NCBI GenBank assembly: GCA_947628875.1
Contig: CANRBP010000001.1
Location: 1-45,706, forward strand
DNA from: an uncultured Lachnospira sp.
GTDB lineage: Bacteria > Bacillota > Clostridia > Lachnospirales > Lachnospiraceae
Length of the DNA: 45,706 nucleotides
Direction: 5' to 3'
Shown: piece by piece, positions 27,161 through 36,556 of the stretch
Numbering within the stretch: the stretch's first letter is position 1
Layout: every line of letters begins with the position of its first letter
Notes under the pieces: model-generated
What the model was told of the DNA's origin: nothing
The model's database searches: none
Seen by the model: the letters and a program-made list of their open reading frames with translations, nothing else
Made by a program: the position numbers and the translations under genes

Positions 27161-28594
27161 TTATACCGGGTAGGCCTTATTTTCCGCATCAGCAGCATCC
27201 GGGTCTACCTTTGTCTGCTGTGCCTCCCTGTATTTAAAGAATTCTGTTGCAACTGACGGGAACAGCGCATATGAAAGAACATCTTCTTCCTGCTGCGAAT
27301 ACTGCTGCACCACAGGATCTTTTCTGTAGTTATCAAGCTGCGGCTCTATCAGATCCGCCGGACGGCATGTTATCGGCTTTGTATCGCCAATTGCCTTTTT
27401 CTGTACGTCCGGATTAAACGGCTTTACTGTCTGGCCAAACTCGCCTGCAAGAACCTTCTTTGATTCCTTTGTAATCATCTTGTAACGCTCGCCCTGAAGG
27501 ACATTTAATACAGCCTGCGTTCCAACGATCTGTGAGGACGGCGTAACAAGCGGCGGCTCGCCAAAATCTTTGCGCACCCTTGGGATTTCCTCAAGCACAT
27601 CCTGGTACTTATCCTCCGCACCGGCTTCTTTAAGCTGGGATACAAGATTGGAGAGCATTCCGCCCGGAACCTGGTATAACAATGTTTTTATATTTACGCC
27701 AAGCACCTTGGTGTTCATCAGGCCGCTTTTTAAGGCTTCCTCGCGCATTGGCTGGAAATAGTTTGCAATTTCCGCCAGCAGGTTCTGATCAAGTCCCGTG
27801 TCATACGGCGTACCCTTGAAAGTCTCCACCATAACTTCTGTTGCAGGCTGGCTTGTTCCCATCGAAAATGGGGACATTGCAGTATCTATAACATCTGCGC
27901 CAGCTTCAACGGCTTTCAGGTATGTCATAGAGGCTACGCCTGAGGTGTAATGCGTATGCATCTGAATCGGCAGAGACGAACCGTCCTTTAACGCCTGCAC
28001 AAGCTCTGTTGCCTTATATGGCACAAGCAGTCCGGCCATATCCTTGATGCAAATGGAGTCCGCACCCATATCTTCTATCCTCTTTGCTGTTTCCTTCCAG
28101 TAATCCAGCGTATAGGCGTCGCCCAGCGTATAGGAAAGCGCAATCTGCGCGTGCGCATTCGGATTTTCCTTCTTTACCGTCTTAACAGCATTAACTGCCG
28201 TCTGCAGGTTCCTCAAATCATTGAAGCAGTCAAAAATACGTATGATATCAATGCCGTTTGCTATAGATTTCTGAACAAAATATTCTACAACATCATCTGA
28301 ATAATGATTATATCCCAAAATATTCTGCCCCCTGAACAGCATCTGCAATTTTGTATTTTTGAAACCGTCCCTCAGTTTCCTAAGCCTCTCCCACGGATCT
28401 TCTTTCAGGAAACGCAGTGATGCGTCAAATGTAGCGCCGCCCCAGCATTCTACTGAATGATAGCCGACTTTATCCATTTTCCCGATTATCGGCAGCATCT
28501 GCTCTGTTGTCATTCTTGTTGCTATCAGGGACTGGTGCGCATCGCGCAGCACAGTTTCTGTTATCTTTAAAGGCTTTTTTACCTGTTCTGCCAT
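27161..28594 (-). CDS. oadA: Oxaloacetate decarboxylase alpha / pyruvate carboxyltransferase subunit (no biotin domain)
   Basis: LRDAHQSLIATRM, ECWGGATFD, IKDMAG, HTH, QVPGGMLSN and LVTPSSQIVG motifs. Confidence 0.92.
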   Translation of the reverse strand: MAEQVKKPLKITETVLRDAHQSLIATRMTTEQMLPIIGKMDKVGYHSVECWGGATFDASLRFLKEDPWERLRKLRDGFKNTKLQMLFRGQNILGYNHYSDDVVEYFVQKSIANGIDIIRIFDCFNDLRNLQTAVNAVKTVKKENPNAHAQIALSYTLGDAYTLDYWKETAKRIEDMGADSICIKDMAGLLVPYKATELVQALKDGSSLPIQMHTHYTSGVASMTYLKAVEAGADVIDTAMSPFSMGTSQPATEVMVETFKGTPYDTGLDQNLLAEIANYFQPMREEALKSGLMNTKVLGVNIKTLLYQVPGGMLSNLVSQLKEAGAEDKYQDVLEEIPRVRKDFGEPPLVTPSSQIVGTQAVLNVLQGERYKMITKESKKVLAGEFGQTVKPFNPDVQKKAIGDTKPITCRPADLIEPQLDNYRKDPVVQQYSQQEEDVLSYALFPSVATEFFKYREAQQTKVDPDAADAENKAYPV

Positions 28595-28630
28595 CTGTTT
28601 ATCCTCCTTTAACTCTATTCCCTTATATCA

Positions 28631-29782
28631 TTAAATCACGCCGAACATCGCCATAAATGCGCCTGCCGCCACGGCTGTGCCGATAACGCCGGCCACATTA
28701 GGCCCCATTGCATGCATAAGCAGGAAGTTTGACGGATCCGCTTCCTGGCCGACTTTCTGGGATACCCTGGCCGCCATAGGAACGGCTGACACGCCGGCTG
28801 AACCAATAAGCGGATTTATTTTGCCGCCTGAAAGCTTGCACATAATTTTTCCGAATACGACTCCGGCCGCCGTACCAAACGCAAATGCAATCAATCCAAG
28901 CGCAACAATCTTTAATGTATCCAAATTTAAGAATGCTTCAGCGCTGGTTGTTGCGCCTACAGATGTTCCAAGTATAATTACTACTATGTACATCAATGCA
29001 TTTGATGCAGTTTCCGTGAGCTGTTTAACGACACCGCTCTCCTTAAACAGGTTTCCAAGCATAAGCATTCCGACTAATGGCGCCGTTGTCGGCAGTATCA
29101 ACACAACAACTATCGTAACGATAATAGGGAACAGGATTTTCTCCAGCTTGGAAACAGGCCTGAGCTGAGCCATTTTTATTTTCCTTTCCTTCTCAGTCGT
29201 CAGCAGTTTCATGATCGGCGGCTGAATGATTGGAACAAGCGACATATAGGAATAGGCTGCTACCGCGATAGGCCCCATATACTTTGTCTGGCCAAGCTTG
29301 CCGGCAAGGAATATGGAAGTCGGCCCGTCAGCGCCGCCGATGATAGATATGGCCGCTGCCGCCTTATCCGGGAATCCCATGAAGATTGCCATAATATATG
29401 CGGCAAAAATACCAAACTGAGCCGCTGCTCCGAGCAAAAAGCTTTTTGGATTCGCAATCAGCGGCCCGAAATCGGTCATTGCTCCAACACCCAGGAAAAT
29501 CAGGGACGGAAGGATACTCCACTCGTCCAGCAGGTAAAAGTAATGCAGCAGGCCGCCAACCCCGCTGTTTGAATCTTCAATGGCAAGCATAATGTCTGGG
29601 TACATATTTACAAGCAGCATGCCAAAAGAAATAGGAACTAATAGCAGAGGTTCGTATCCTTTTTTTATTGCTAAATATAAGAAACCTAAAGCGACAGCAA
29701 TCATCAGATAATTGCCCCAGGTGAGCCCGAAGAACGCCGACTGCTGTATGAGGTTTCCCAATGTTGTTATAATATAACTCAT
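28631..29782 (-). CDS. oadB: Na+-translocating decarboxylase beta subunit
   Basis: EPLLLVPI, GAMTDFGP, IIGGADGPT, GVSAVPMAARV and HAMGPNVAGVIG motifs; ATG 29782 after GGAGGT. Confidence 0.95.
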   Translation of the reverse strand: MSYIITTLGNLIQQSAFFGLTWGNYLMIAVALGFLYLAIKKGYEPLLLVPISFGMLLVNMYPDIMLAIEDSNSGVGGLLHYFYLLDEWSILPSLIFLGVGAMTDFGPLIANPKSFLLGAAAQFGIFAAYIMAIFMGFPDKAAAAISIIGGADGPTSIFLAGKLGQTKYMGPIAVAAYSYMSLVPIIQPPIMKLLTTEKERKIKMAQLRPVSKLEKILFPIIVTIVVVLILPTTAPLVGMLMLGNLFKESGVVKQLTETASNALMYIVVIILGTSVGATTSAEAFLNLDTLKIVALGLIAFAFGTAAGVVFGKIMCKLSGGKINPLIGSAGVSAVPMAARVSQKVGQEADPSNFLLMHAMGPNVAGVIGTAVAAGAFMAMFGVI

Positions 29783-29846
29783 CTTTACCTCCGTTGCCGC
29801 CCAGAGAGCAGCATTATCGATCATATTTTAACGCTTCACCTTCACA

Positions 29847-30215
29847 TCAGTTCATGGATACCAGCACTTTTCCGGTCTCAACTGAATCGCCTGCGGCGCA
29901 CTCTACTGTTGCAATCGTTCCGTCCTGCGGCGCGCTGATCTCATTCTCCATCTTCATCGCCTCAAGTATCAGCAGAACATCGCCCTTTTTGACTGCTGAA
30001 CCCTGCTGCACGTTAACCTTTAAGATTTTTCCCTGCATCGGCGCTGCCACTTTGACAGAACCCTGTGCGCCTGCCGGTGCTGCCGCCTGCTTTGGAGCAG
30101 CTTTCGGTGCTGCTGTTCTTGCTGCCGGTGCTGCTGACGGTGCGCCGCTCTGGCCTTCCTCAACCGTCACATCATATACATTGCCATTTACTGTAATCGT
30201 ATAACTCTTCATCAT
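29847..30215 (-). CDS. Biotin carboxyl carrier protein
   Basis: Ala/Pro linker and EAMKM biotinylation motif. Confidence 0.95.
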   Translation of the reverse strand: MMKSYTITVNGNVYDVTVEEGQSGAPSAAPAARTAAPKAAPKQAAAPAGAQGSVKVAAPMQGKILKVNVQQGSAVKKGDVLLILEAMKMENEISAPQDGTIATVECAAGDSVETGKVLVSMN

Positions 30216-30256
30216 CTTTATCCTCCATTCCTCCGCTTGTGCGGCTGTCCTATTAT

Positions 30257-31096
30257 TTATGCGTTTTTCCAGTTATTGGATTTAACTTTCTTGATCGAGC
30301 GGACTACAAGCCCGTTTGCTGATGTACCCTCAGAAGCTGCGATTGCAGCTGTTATGACAGCAACCAGTTCCAGATCATCTGTCTCATCTGCTTCGGCCTC
30401 AGCAGCCATTGATGCCTCGCTGGCCGCACCAGCTGGCGCAGGCTTCTTTTCTTCCTCCTGAACCTTTTTCTCTCCTGCCTTGTTGACATACTTCAGCAGC
30501 GAGATAATGAAGGAAATGAAAATCAGCACAACGAATACCGTTCCCATTCCGATAAGCGTATTCACGGCAGCCTTCTGCATCTTTTCCATCGTAGTATAGG
30601 CCGGGTTGATCGCACCGCTGGCCAATGCCAGATCCTCATCAACAACCAGCTCAAACTGGCATTTTCTTTTTTCATAAGATGCGCTCACGCTGACAGTGCA
30701 CAAAGTACCCGTTTCGCTGCTGAGCTGCACCTCGATCTCATCTATTGACCGCAGTTTCCCCAAATCCTGCCTGGATTTTATCCAGCTGTTATAAAAGCTT
30801 ACTGTTTCAGCATTCATGCCGGCAAGGTTGACGCTGTAGCTCTTTCCGTTAACCTCATCAAGCGTTATTGCATTCTCTGCATATTCTTTGATCTGCTGGT
30901 CATCTGTTGTATCCAGAAACTGCAGCATATCGGTTGCCCACAGCTCAAACGCCGGCGCGTATGCCGCCAGTTCCCTCTCCTTGACCGAATCCTTTGCCTT
31001 ATCGGCAGAGATAGCATCTGAGCAGGCTGCCAGGCAGAACACGCTAAGCAATGCGCAAAACAACAGCAGGAATTTCTTAATATTCAATTTCTTCAT
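30257..31096 (-). CDS. oadG: OadG/MmdD-family decarboxylase gamma/delta subunit with an N-terminal lipoprotein-like extension
   Basis: NTLIGMGTVFVVLIFIS TM helix and DDLELVAVITAAIAA motif; N-terminal MKK...LAAC lipobox; ATG 31096 after GAGGTG. Confidence 0.85.
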   Translation of the reverse strand: MKKLNIKKFLLLFCALLSVFCLAACSDAISADKAKDSVKERELAAYAPAFELWATDMLQFLDTTDDQQIKEYAENAITLDEVNGKSYSVNLAGMNAETVSFYNSWIKSRQDLGKLRSIDEIEVQLSSETGTLCTVSVSASYEKRKCQFELVVDEDLALASGAINPAYTTMEKMQKAAVNTLIGMGTVFVVLIFISFIISLLKYVNKAGEKKVQEEEKKPAPAGAASEASMAAEAEADETDDLELVAVITAAIAASEGTSANGLVVRSIKKVKSNNWKNA

Positions 31097-31115
31097 ATTG
31101 TTCCACCTCGATACA

Positions 31116-32566
31116 TTATACTGTGCCATGCTTCCTGTCCAGGCGCTTTTCTTTCTTTGAAAACAGCATTTCAAATGCCGCCGCCACAAACTGCCTCGTA
31201 TATTCCGGACTTATAACTGTATCTACATATCCTCTAGCCGCCGCGCTCTCTACGCTTGACTGCAGCTTCTCATATTCTGCCGCCTTCTCGGATATCATGG
31301 CTGATACGTCCTGAGCGTCCTTCAGCTCATCTGCATACATGATCTTTGCCGCAAGCTGGGCATCCATCATTCCAATGGAGGCATTCTCCCAGGCATAAGT
31401 CATGTCTGCCCCGACTGCCTTTGAATTCATTGCAACATAAGCGCTGCCATAAGCCTCGCCTGTAATGACACTGACCTTCGGCACATCAGCACTTGCAAAT
31501 GCATATGTAAGCTTAGCAGCAGCTTTTGCAAGAGACCTCTCTGCGCGCACAGATGCCTCAAATCCCTTCACATTGACAAGCGTAAGCACCGGAATGCCGA
31601 ATGCATCGCAGAATGTCACGAAATCAGCAGCCTTATATGCGCCGTTCACGGTAAGGACCGCATCAAACCTGTCTGTCTCCGCGCCATCTTCGCCAAATAA
31701 GGCTGTACGGTTTGCAACAGCTCCAACGGTTGTTCCGCCGATCTGGATAAAACCAGTGACCATCTCCTTCGCATATTCTGCCTTGACTTCCATAAACAGG
31801 CCGTCATCTGAGATATCGGACAGCGCCAGAGCCGGATCAGCTATCTCAGCAGCCAGGTCGGAACAAACCCTGTTTAAGTCATCCTGGCTTTCTGCCAGGG
31901 CAATATCATCATTGTTGGACGGAAGAAGCGACACAAGCTGACGGACGCCGTTTGCAACAGCTTCCTCATCGCCCACAAAATCCGCCTCACCGGCCTCGGC
32001 CTTAAATGCTGCGCCTGCTGTGTCCAGCTTTTCTTTATAATTGCCGGCCAATGCATTCGGCGTATTCACAAAAAGCCTTCCGCTCTTTTCTTCCATAAAA
32101 GTAAAATCCGAGAGCGCTGCAAGAACGGCAAGGCCGCCGCCGCATCCGCCGTAAACCGCTGTAATCTGAGGAATTACACCGGAAGCCTCTGCCATTTTGC
32201 TGTAAACAGCGCCAAATCCGGCAAGCGCATCTGTAGCTTCCTGAAGCCTTATGCCTGCACAGTCAATCAGCCCAATGACCGGCGCACCCATTTTTAATGC
32301 CATATCATAAAGGCCTGCAATCTTTCTCGCATGCATTTCGCCAATCGTGCCGTTCATGACACTGGCATCCTGGCTATATATATATATGCAAGTTTTCCAT
32401 TAATTACTCCGTATCCGGTAATAACGCCGTCTGACGGAGCAGCTTTTTCCTGCATGTTAAAATCTGTCGCTCTTGCCTTAACGCCAGCGCCGATTTCAAC
32501 AAAGCTGCTGTCATCCAGAATCGATTCAATCCTTGTTCTGGCTGACACCGGTGTAGTGTTACTCAT
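31116..32566 (-). pseudogene. Acyl-CoA carboxyltransferase (MmdA/PccB-like) frameshifted by one extra TA unit at 32375-32387
   Basis: SARTRIESILDDSSFVEIG...DGVITGYG joins GTIGEMHARKI...GVIPQI...FCDAFGIPVLT...RKHG when 2 bp are removed (AYIYSQDASVMNGT; 482 aa). Confidence 0.88.
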
Positions 32567-32709
32567 TATCGAGACCTCCTAAAAATTTAATCAATAACTA
32601 TCGTTCATTTTATAACAATCCCTTCCAAAAAACAAGGGGAATGCTTGAGTTGTTTCGGCATTTTTATTCATTTTTATTTATCTTTTTTATTGCGTTATCT
32701 GCCGCGCTG

Positions 32710-33372
32710 CTAATCAATTGCCTCAAATACTATCAGAATGCCTTGCGCGATATCCACGCGCGCTATTTCATCTGTCACCTCATTGCTCTGGCATATGCTG
32801 AGTCCCTGTTTCAGCTCATAATCCGACAGCGGGTATTTGACGCCTGAAAGCGACAGGCGCACTGTCTCTGTCATCGGCGCAAATGAAAGATATCTGCCGT
32901 ACTGGCTCGCTTTAGCTACGGCAAATGATCTGTCCGCCAGATAAATTTTATTATGCGAATCGTAAATGGCGCATGAAACTCCTGCCGACAGCGCCTCTTT
33001 CATAATAAAAATATTTGTCATTGCATGGTCGTAGCGCGTGCCTGTCGCGCCTATCACGGAAATTTCCCCAGCTCCTGCCTCTATTGCGCGAATCAGCGCG
33101 ATATGCGTATCCGTATAGTCTTTTTCCCTTGGATAAACAGCTGTCTGCGTATTTTTCCTGTAACGCTCCAATGTATCGCTGTCAACTGAATCATAATCTC
33201 CCAGCAGGAAATCCGGCTTCACTCCAAGCCTGTCAGCATGAACCAGTCCGCTGTCAGCCGCAATAACAAAATCAAACTGTTTCCCTTCCATCCACTTCCT
33301 TGCCCAGCTGTAATCGACCTGCCCTCCGCTGATTATCAGAATGTGTTTTTTCCCATGTGATGATTTTTCCAT
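32710..33372 (-). CDS. thiN: Thiamine diphosphokinase
   Basis: IAADSG, GDYDS, EKDYTDT, GATGTRYDH, GVKYPL and SNE motifs. Confidence 0.93.
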   Translation of the reverse strand: MEKSSHGKKHILIISGGQVDYSWARKWMEGKQFDFVIAADSGLVHADRLGVKPDFLLGDYDSVDSDTLERYRKNTQTAVYPREKDYTDTHIALIRAIEAGAGEISVIGATGTRYDHAMTNIFIMKEALSAGVSCAIYDSHNKIYLADRSFAVAKASQYGRYLSFAPMTETVRLSLSGVKYPLSDYELKQGLSICQSNEVTDEIARVDIAQGILIVFEAID

Positions 33373-33399
33373 ACCGCCTCCTGATTATTTATATTTATT

Positions 33400-33432
33400 G
33401 ACACAGATAAAATACAAAATCCGGAAACTCAA
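33400..33432 (+). repeat. Degenerate single-arm copy of the 1806-1876 palindrome
   Basis: GACACAGATAAAATACAAAATCCGGAAACTCAA matches 1844-1876 at 27 of 33 positions without gaps. Confidence 0.75.
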
Positions 33433-33520
33433 AAATTCCGAAAGACTTTATTTTTTCACATTTTTATTCTATAATATCCTTCAATAAAATAAAAGCCTTA
33501 TGGGCAGAAATGAGGAATTT

Positions 33521-34126
33521 ATGAATCTTGAAGAAAGCACGAACGAAGAAACGCAGGCTGTCACTGACGAAGAAACGCAGGCTGTTACTGATGAGGAAAA
33601 TGCTGCCCGGATGCTGGCAGAGTTCAGAACCGGAAATACATATCAGAATGCTTCTGAAAAATACCAGGACTATATGTCCTCCGCTGTCACGTTTATTTGC
33701 GGCGGAATCATCGTGTTTGCCTTGCTTGTCCTGAACGATACAGGCATACTCCATATAGTCCAGAAAAACAGCCAGACATTTGTTTTCGCCAATATCATGT
33801 TTGCTTTGATATCAGCCGCCTGCATGGTGATCGGCGTACTTTCGCTGCGGTCAGCGCTGTCAAAGAAAAAGCAGATAGGAAGCGAGGCAGGCAAAGAGTC
33901 GGAAATACTTTCATGGCTTGACGGAAATGTCACGCGCGAGGACATTGAAAGCTCCTACAACGGAGACGGCCTTACCGAAGAATTGAAGTATTTTTACCGC
34001 AGCGCTTATATCAAGCAGGCAATCCTGGAAAATTTTGAAGCGTTAAATTTAAATGAGGGATTCGCGGACATGCTGTCCGACCAGTACATTGAACAGCTTT
34101 TCGGTTCAAGCTCCGATGCGGATTGA
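33521..34126 (+). CDS. Hypothetical two-TM membrane protein
   Basis: Acidic N-terminus, two hydrophobic helices, EELKYFYR motif; ATG 33521 after GAGG. Confidence 0.75.
   Translation: MNLEESTNEETQAVTDEETQAVTDEENAARMLAEFRTGNTYQNASEKYQDYMSSAVTFICGGIIVFALLVLNDTGILHIVQKNSQTFVFANIMFALISAACMVIGVLSLRSALSKKKQIGSEAGKESEILSWLDGNVTREDIESSYNGDGLTEELKYFYRSAYIKQAILENFEALNLNEGFADMLSDQYIEQLFGSSSDAD
33545..33592 (+). repeat. In-frame 24-bp tandem duplication (EETQAVTD x2)
   Basis: GAAGAAACGCAGGCTGTCACTGAC followed by GAAGAAACGCAGGCTGTTACTGAT. Confidence 0.9.
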
Positions 34127-34152
34127 TGCCGGAAGTTCACAGCCTGCAATTA

Positions 34153-34199
34153 AAAAAGCTTTTGTGCAAAAGGCCTGAACCTCTGCACAAAAGCTTTTT
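34153..34199. terminator. Bidirectional intrinsic terminator
   Basis: AAAAAGCTTTTGTGCA / TGCACAAAAGCTTTTT stem with A/T tails, between convergent genes. Confidence 0.85.
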
Positions 34200-34218
34200 A
34201 TTTTACGGTTTTTTTATT

Positions 34219-35604
34219 TTATTTCCCTGAAAGATACTCGTCAATACCCTTTGCAGCCGCCCGTCCGGCACCCATGGCAAGGATAACTGTAGCTGCGCCT
34301 GTAACGGCATCGCCGCCGGCATAAACGCCATCTTTCGTTGTCTTTCCGTTTGCTTCCTCTGCTATAATGCACTTCCGCTTGTTAACTTCAAGCCCTTCCG
34401 TTGTAGAGTAGATTAACGGGTTCGGTGAAGTTCCCAGGGACATGATAACAGCATCCAGATCCATTGTAAATTCTGAACCTGCAACCTCAACAGGCCTTCT
34501 TCTGCCTGATGCATCAGGTTCGCCCAGTTCCATTTTCACGCAGGTCATGCCTTTTACCCAGCCGTTCTCGTCAGTCAGGATTTCCTTTGGATTCGTGAGC
34601 AGATCAAAAATAATGCCCTCTTCCTTTGCGTGATGAACTTCCTCCACCCTCGCCGGAAGCTCCGCTTCACTGCGCCTGTAGACAATATGCACCTCTGCGC
34701 CCAGGCGGAGAGCCGTCCTTGCGGCATCCATTGCAACATTGCCGCCGCCGACAACCGCAACTTTCTTAAATCTGGAAATCGGCGTATCATAATCGTCACG
34801 GAAAGCTTTCATCAGGTTGCTTCTTGTCAGATATTCATTTGCAGAGAATACGCCGTTTGCATTTTCACCCGGAATGCCCATAAATACCGGAAGCCCTGCG
34901 CCAGAACCAACGAATACAGCGGAATAACCTTCGTCCTCGATGAGCTGGTCGATTGTAACTGACTTGCCAATCACGACATTCGTCTCTATTTTAACGCCAA
35001 GGCTCTTGACATTCTCTATCTCGCTTGAAACAACTGTTGATTTCGGCAGACGGAATTCAGGAATGCCATAAACAAGCACGCCGCCCGGCTGGTGGAGAGC
35101 TTCAAAGATTGTCACATCATATCCCATCTTTGCAAGATCTCCTGCACAGGTAAGGCCTGACGGACCTGAACCGATGACTGCAACTTTCTTGCCCTTTTTC
35201 TCAGCATTGGCCTGCGGCTTGATATTGTTTTCGCGCGCATAATCAGCCACAAAACGCTCAAGCTTGCCGATCGAGATCGGATCGCCCTTGATGCCGCGGA
35301 TACATTTGCCCTCGCACTGGCTCTCCTGCGGACATACACGGCCGCATACAGCAGGAAGTGCAGATGATTCGCTTATAATCGAGTACGCATCACTTATGTT
35401 GCCTTCCTTAACCGCATGTATAAAACCCGGTATATTGATTGATACAGGACAGCCCTGGATACACTGTGCGTTCTTGCAGTTGATGCAGCGCGCAGCCTCC
35501 TCCATTGCTTCCTCCTGGTTATAACCTAAGCACACTTCATCAAAATTTTTATTTCTAACGTCAGGAGCTTGCTCCCGTACCGGAACTTTCTTTAAAACAT
35601 CCAT
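34219..35604 (-). CDS. nfnB: NfnB/SudA large subunit (GltD-like; often annotated as NADPH-dependent glutamate synthase)
   Basis: EAARCINC, CGRVCPQESQCE, GSGPSG, YGIPEFRLP, GGGNVAMD and GGDAVTGAATV motifs; adjacent to nfnA with no gltB nearby. Confidence 0.88.
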   Translation of the reverse strand: MDVLKKVPVREQAPDVRNKNFDEVCLGYNQEEAMEEAARCINCKNAQCIQGCPVSINIPGFIHAVKEGNISDAYSIISESSALPAVCGRVCPQESQCEGKCIRGIKGDPISIGKLERFVADYARENNIKPQANAEKKGKKVAVIGSGPSGLTCAGDLAKMGYDVTIFEALHQPGGVLVYGIPEFRLPKSTVVSSEIENVKSLGVKIETNVVIGKSVTIDQLIEDEGYSAVFVGSGAGLPVFMGIPGENANGVFSANEYLTRSNLMKAFRDDYDTPISRFKKVAVVGGGNVAMDAARTALRLGAEVHIVYRRSEAELPARVEEVHHAKEEGIIFDLLTNPKEILTDENGWVKGMTCVKMELGEPDASGRRRPVEVAGSEFTMDLDAVIMSLGTSPNPLIYSTTEGLEVNKRKCIIAEEANGKTTKDGVYAGGDAVTGAATVILAMGAGRAAAKGIDEYLSGK

Positions 35605-35643
35605 TATGTAAATCCTCCTAATATATTGGAAATCTGCCGATCA

Positions 35644-36525
35644 TTAATTGCAGTTGCCGCAGCCGCCATGATGGGTGTCGCCCTCCTGAAGAGCAAGCAT
35701 TGCCCTGCCTTCCTCAGTCTTATACATCTGCTGGCGTTTCATTGCCTGATCAAAATCTACCTTATGCCCATCAAATTCCGGGCCGTCAACACAGGCAAAC
35801 TTCACCTCATCTCCAACCTGAAGCCTGCATGCTCCGCACATGCCGGTTCCGTCTACCATAATAGGGTTCATGCTGACAACTGTCGGGATACCCAGTTCTT
35901 TGGTGAGCAGGCAGACAAATTTCATCATTATTAATGGTCCGATGGCGATGCAAAGATCATACTGCTTGCCCTCGTTATTGACAAGATCTTTCAAAACATC
36001 TGTACCCATGCCTTTCCTTACATAACTTCCATCATCTGTAGTTAAATAAAGATTGCCTGTGACAGCACGCATCTCATTCTCCAGGATAAGAAGATCTTTA
36101 TTCTTTGCGCCCACTATAACATCAGCATCAACTCCATGCTCATGCAGCCACTTAACCTGCGGATAAACCGGTGCTGTGCCAACGCCGCCTGCAACAAATA
36201 CGATTTTTTTCTTCTTTAATTCATCAATATCCGTTGAAATAAGTTCAGATGCACAGCCAAGCGGTCCTACAAAGTCCTCAAACGCATCACCAGCCTGCAG
36301 GCGGGCCATTTTCTCTGTTGATGCACCCACAATCTGGAATACGATCGTCACGATCCCCTTCTCTCTGTCATAATCGCAGATCGTGAGCGGAATACGCTCC
36401 CCCTTCTCGTCCGTCTTAACGATGACAAACTGTCCTGGCTGGCAATGCTTGGCTGCCCTTGGCGCCTCAACATCCATCAGGTAAATTTTCTCTGCCAATT
36501 TCTCGGCCTTTAGGATTTTATACAT
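35644..36525 (-). CDS. nfnA: NfnA/SudB small subunit (PyrK-like FAD/NAD-binding, 2Fe-2S)
   Basis: PGQFVI, GERIPLTI, GGVGTAP and MVDGTGMCGACR...CVDGPEFD motifs. Confidence 0.9.
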   Translation of the reverse strand: MYKILKAEKLAEKIYLMDVEAPRAAKHCQPGQFVIVKTDEKGERIPLTICDYDREKGIVTIVFQIVGASTEKMARLQAGDAFEDFVGPLGCASELISTDIDELKKKKIVFVAGGVGTAPVYPQVKWLHEHGVDADVIVGAKNKDLLILENEMRAVTGNLYLTTDDGSYVRKGMGTDVLKDLVNNEGKQYDLCIAIGPLIMMKFVCLLTKELGIPTVVSMNPIMVDGTGMCGACRLQVGDEVKFACVDGPEFDGHKVDFDQAMKRQQMYKTEEGRAMLALQEGDTHHGGCGNCN

Positions 36526-36556
36526 TCAAGTACCCCTTTCAATAAGTATAATAAAT

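Noticed and set aside
34219-35604. True glutamate synthase small subunit
   Set aside because: No gltB large subunit is adjacent, and pairing with an NfnA/SudB gene indicates NfnAB.
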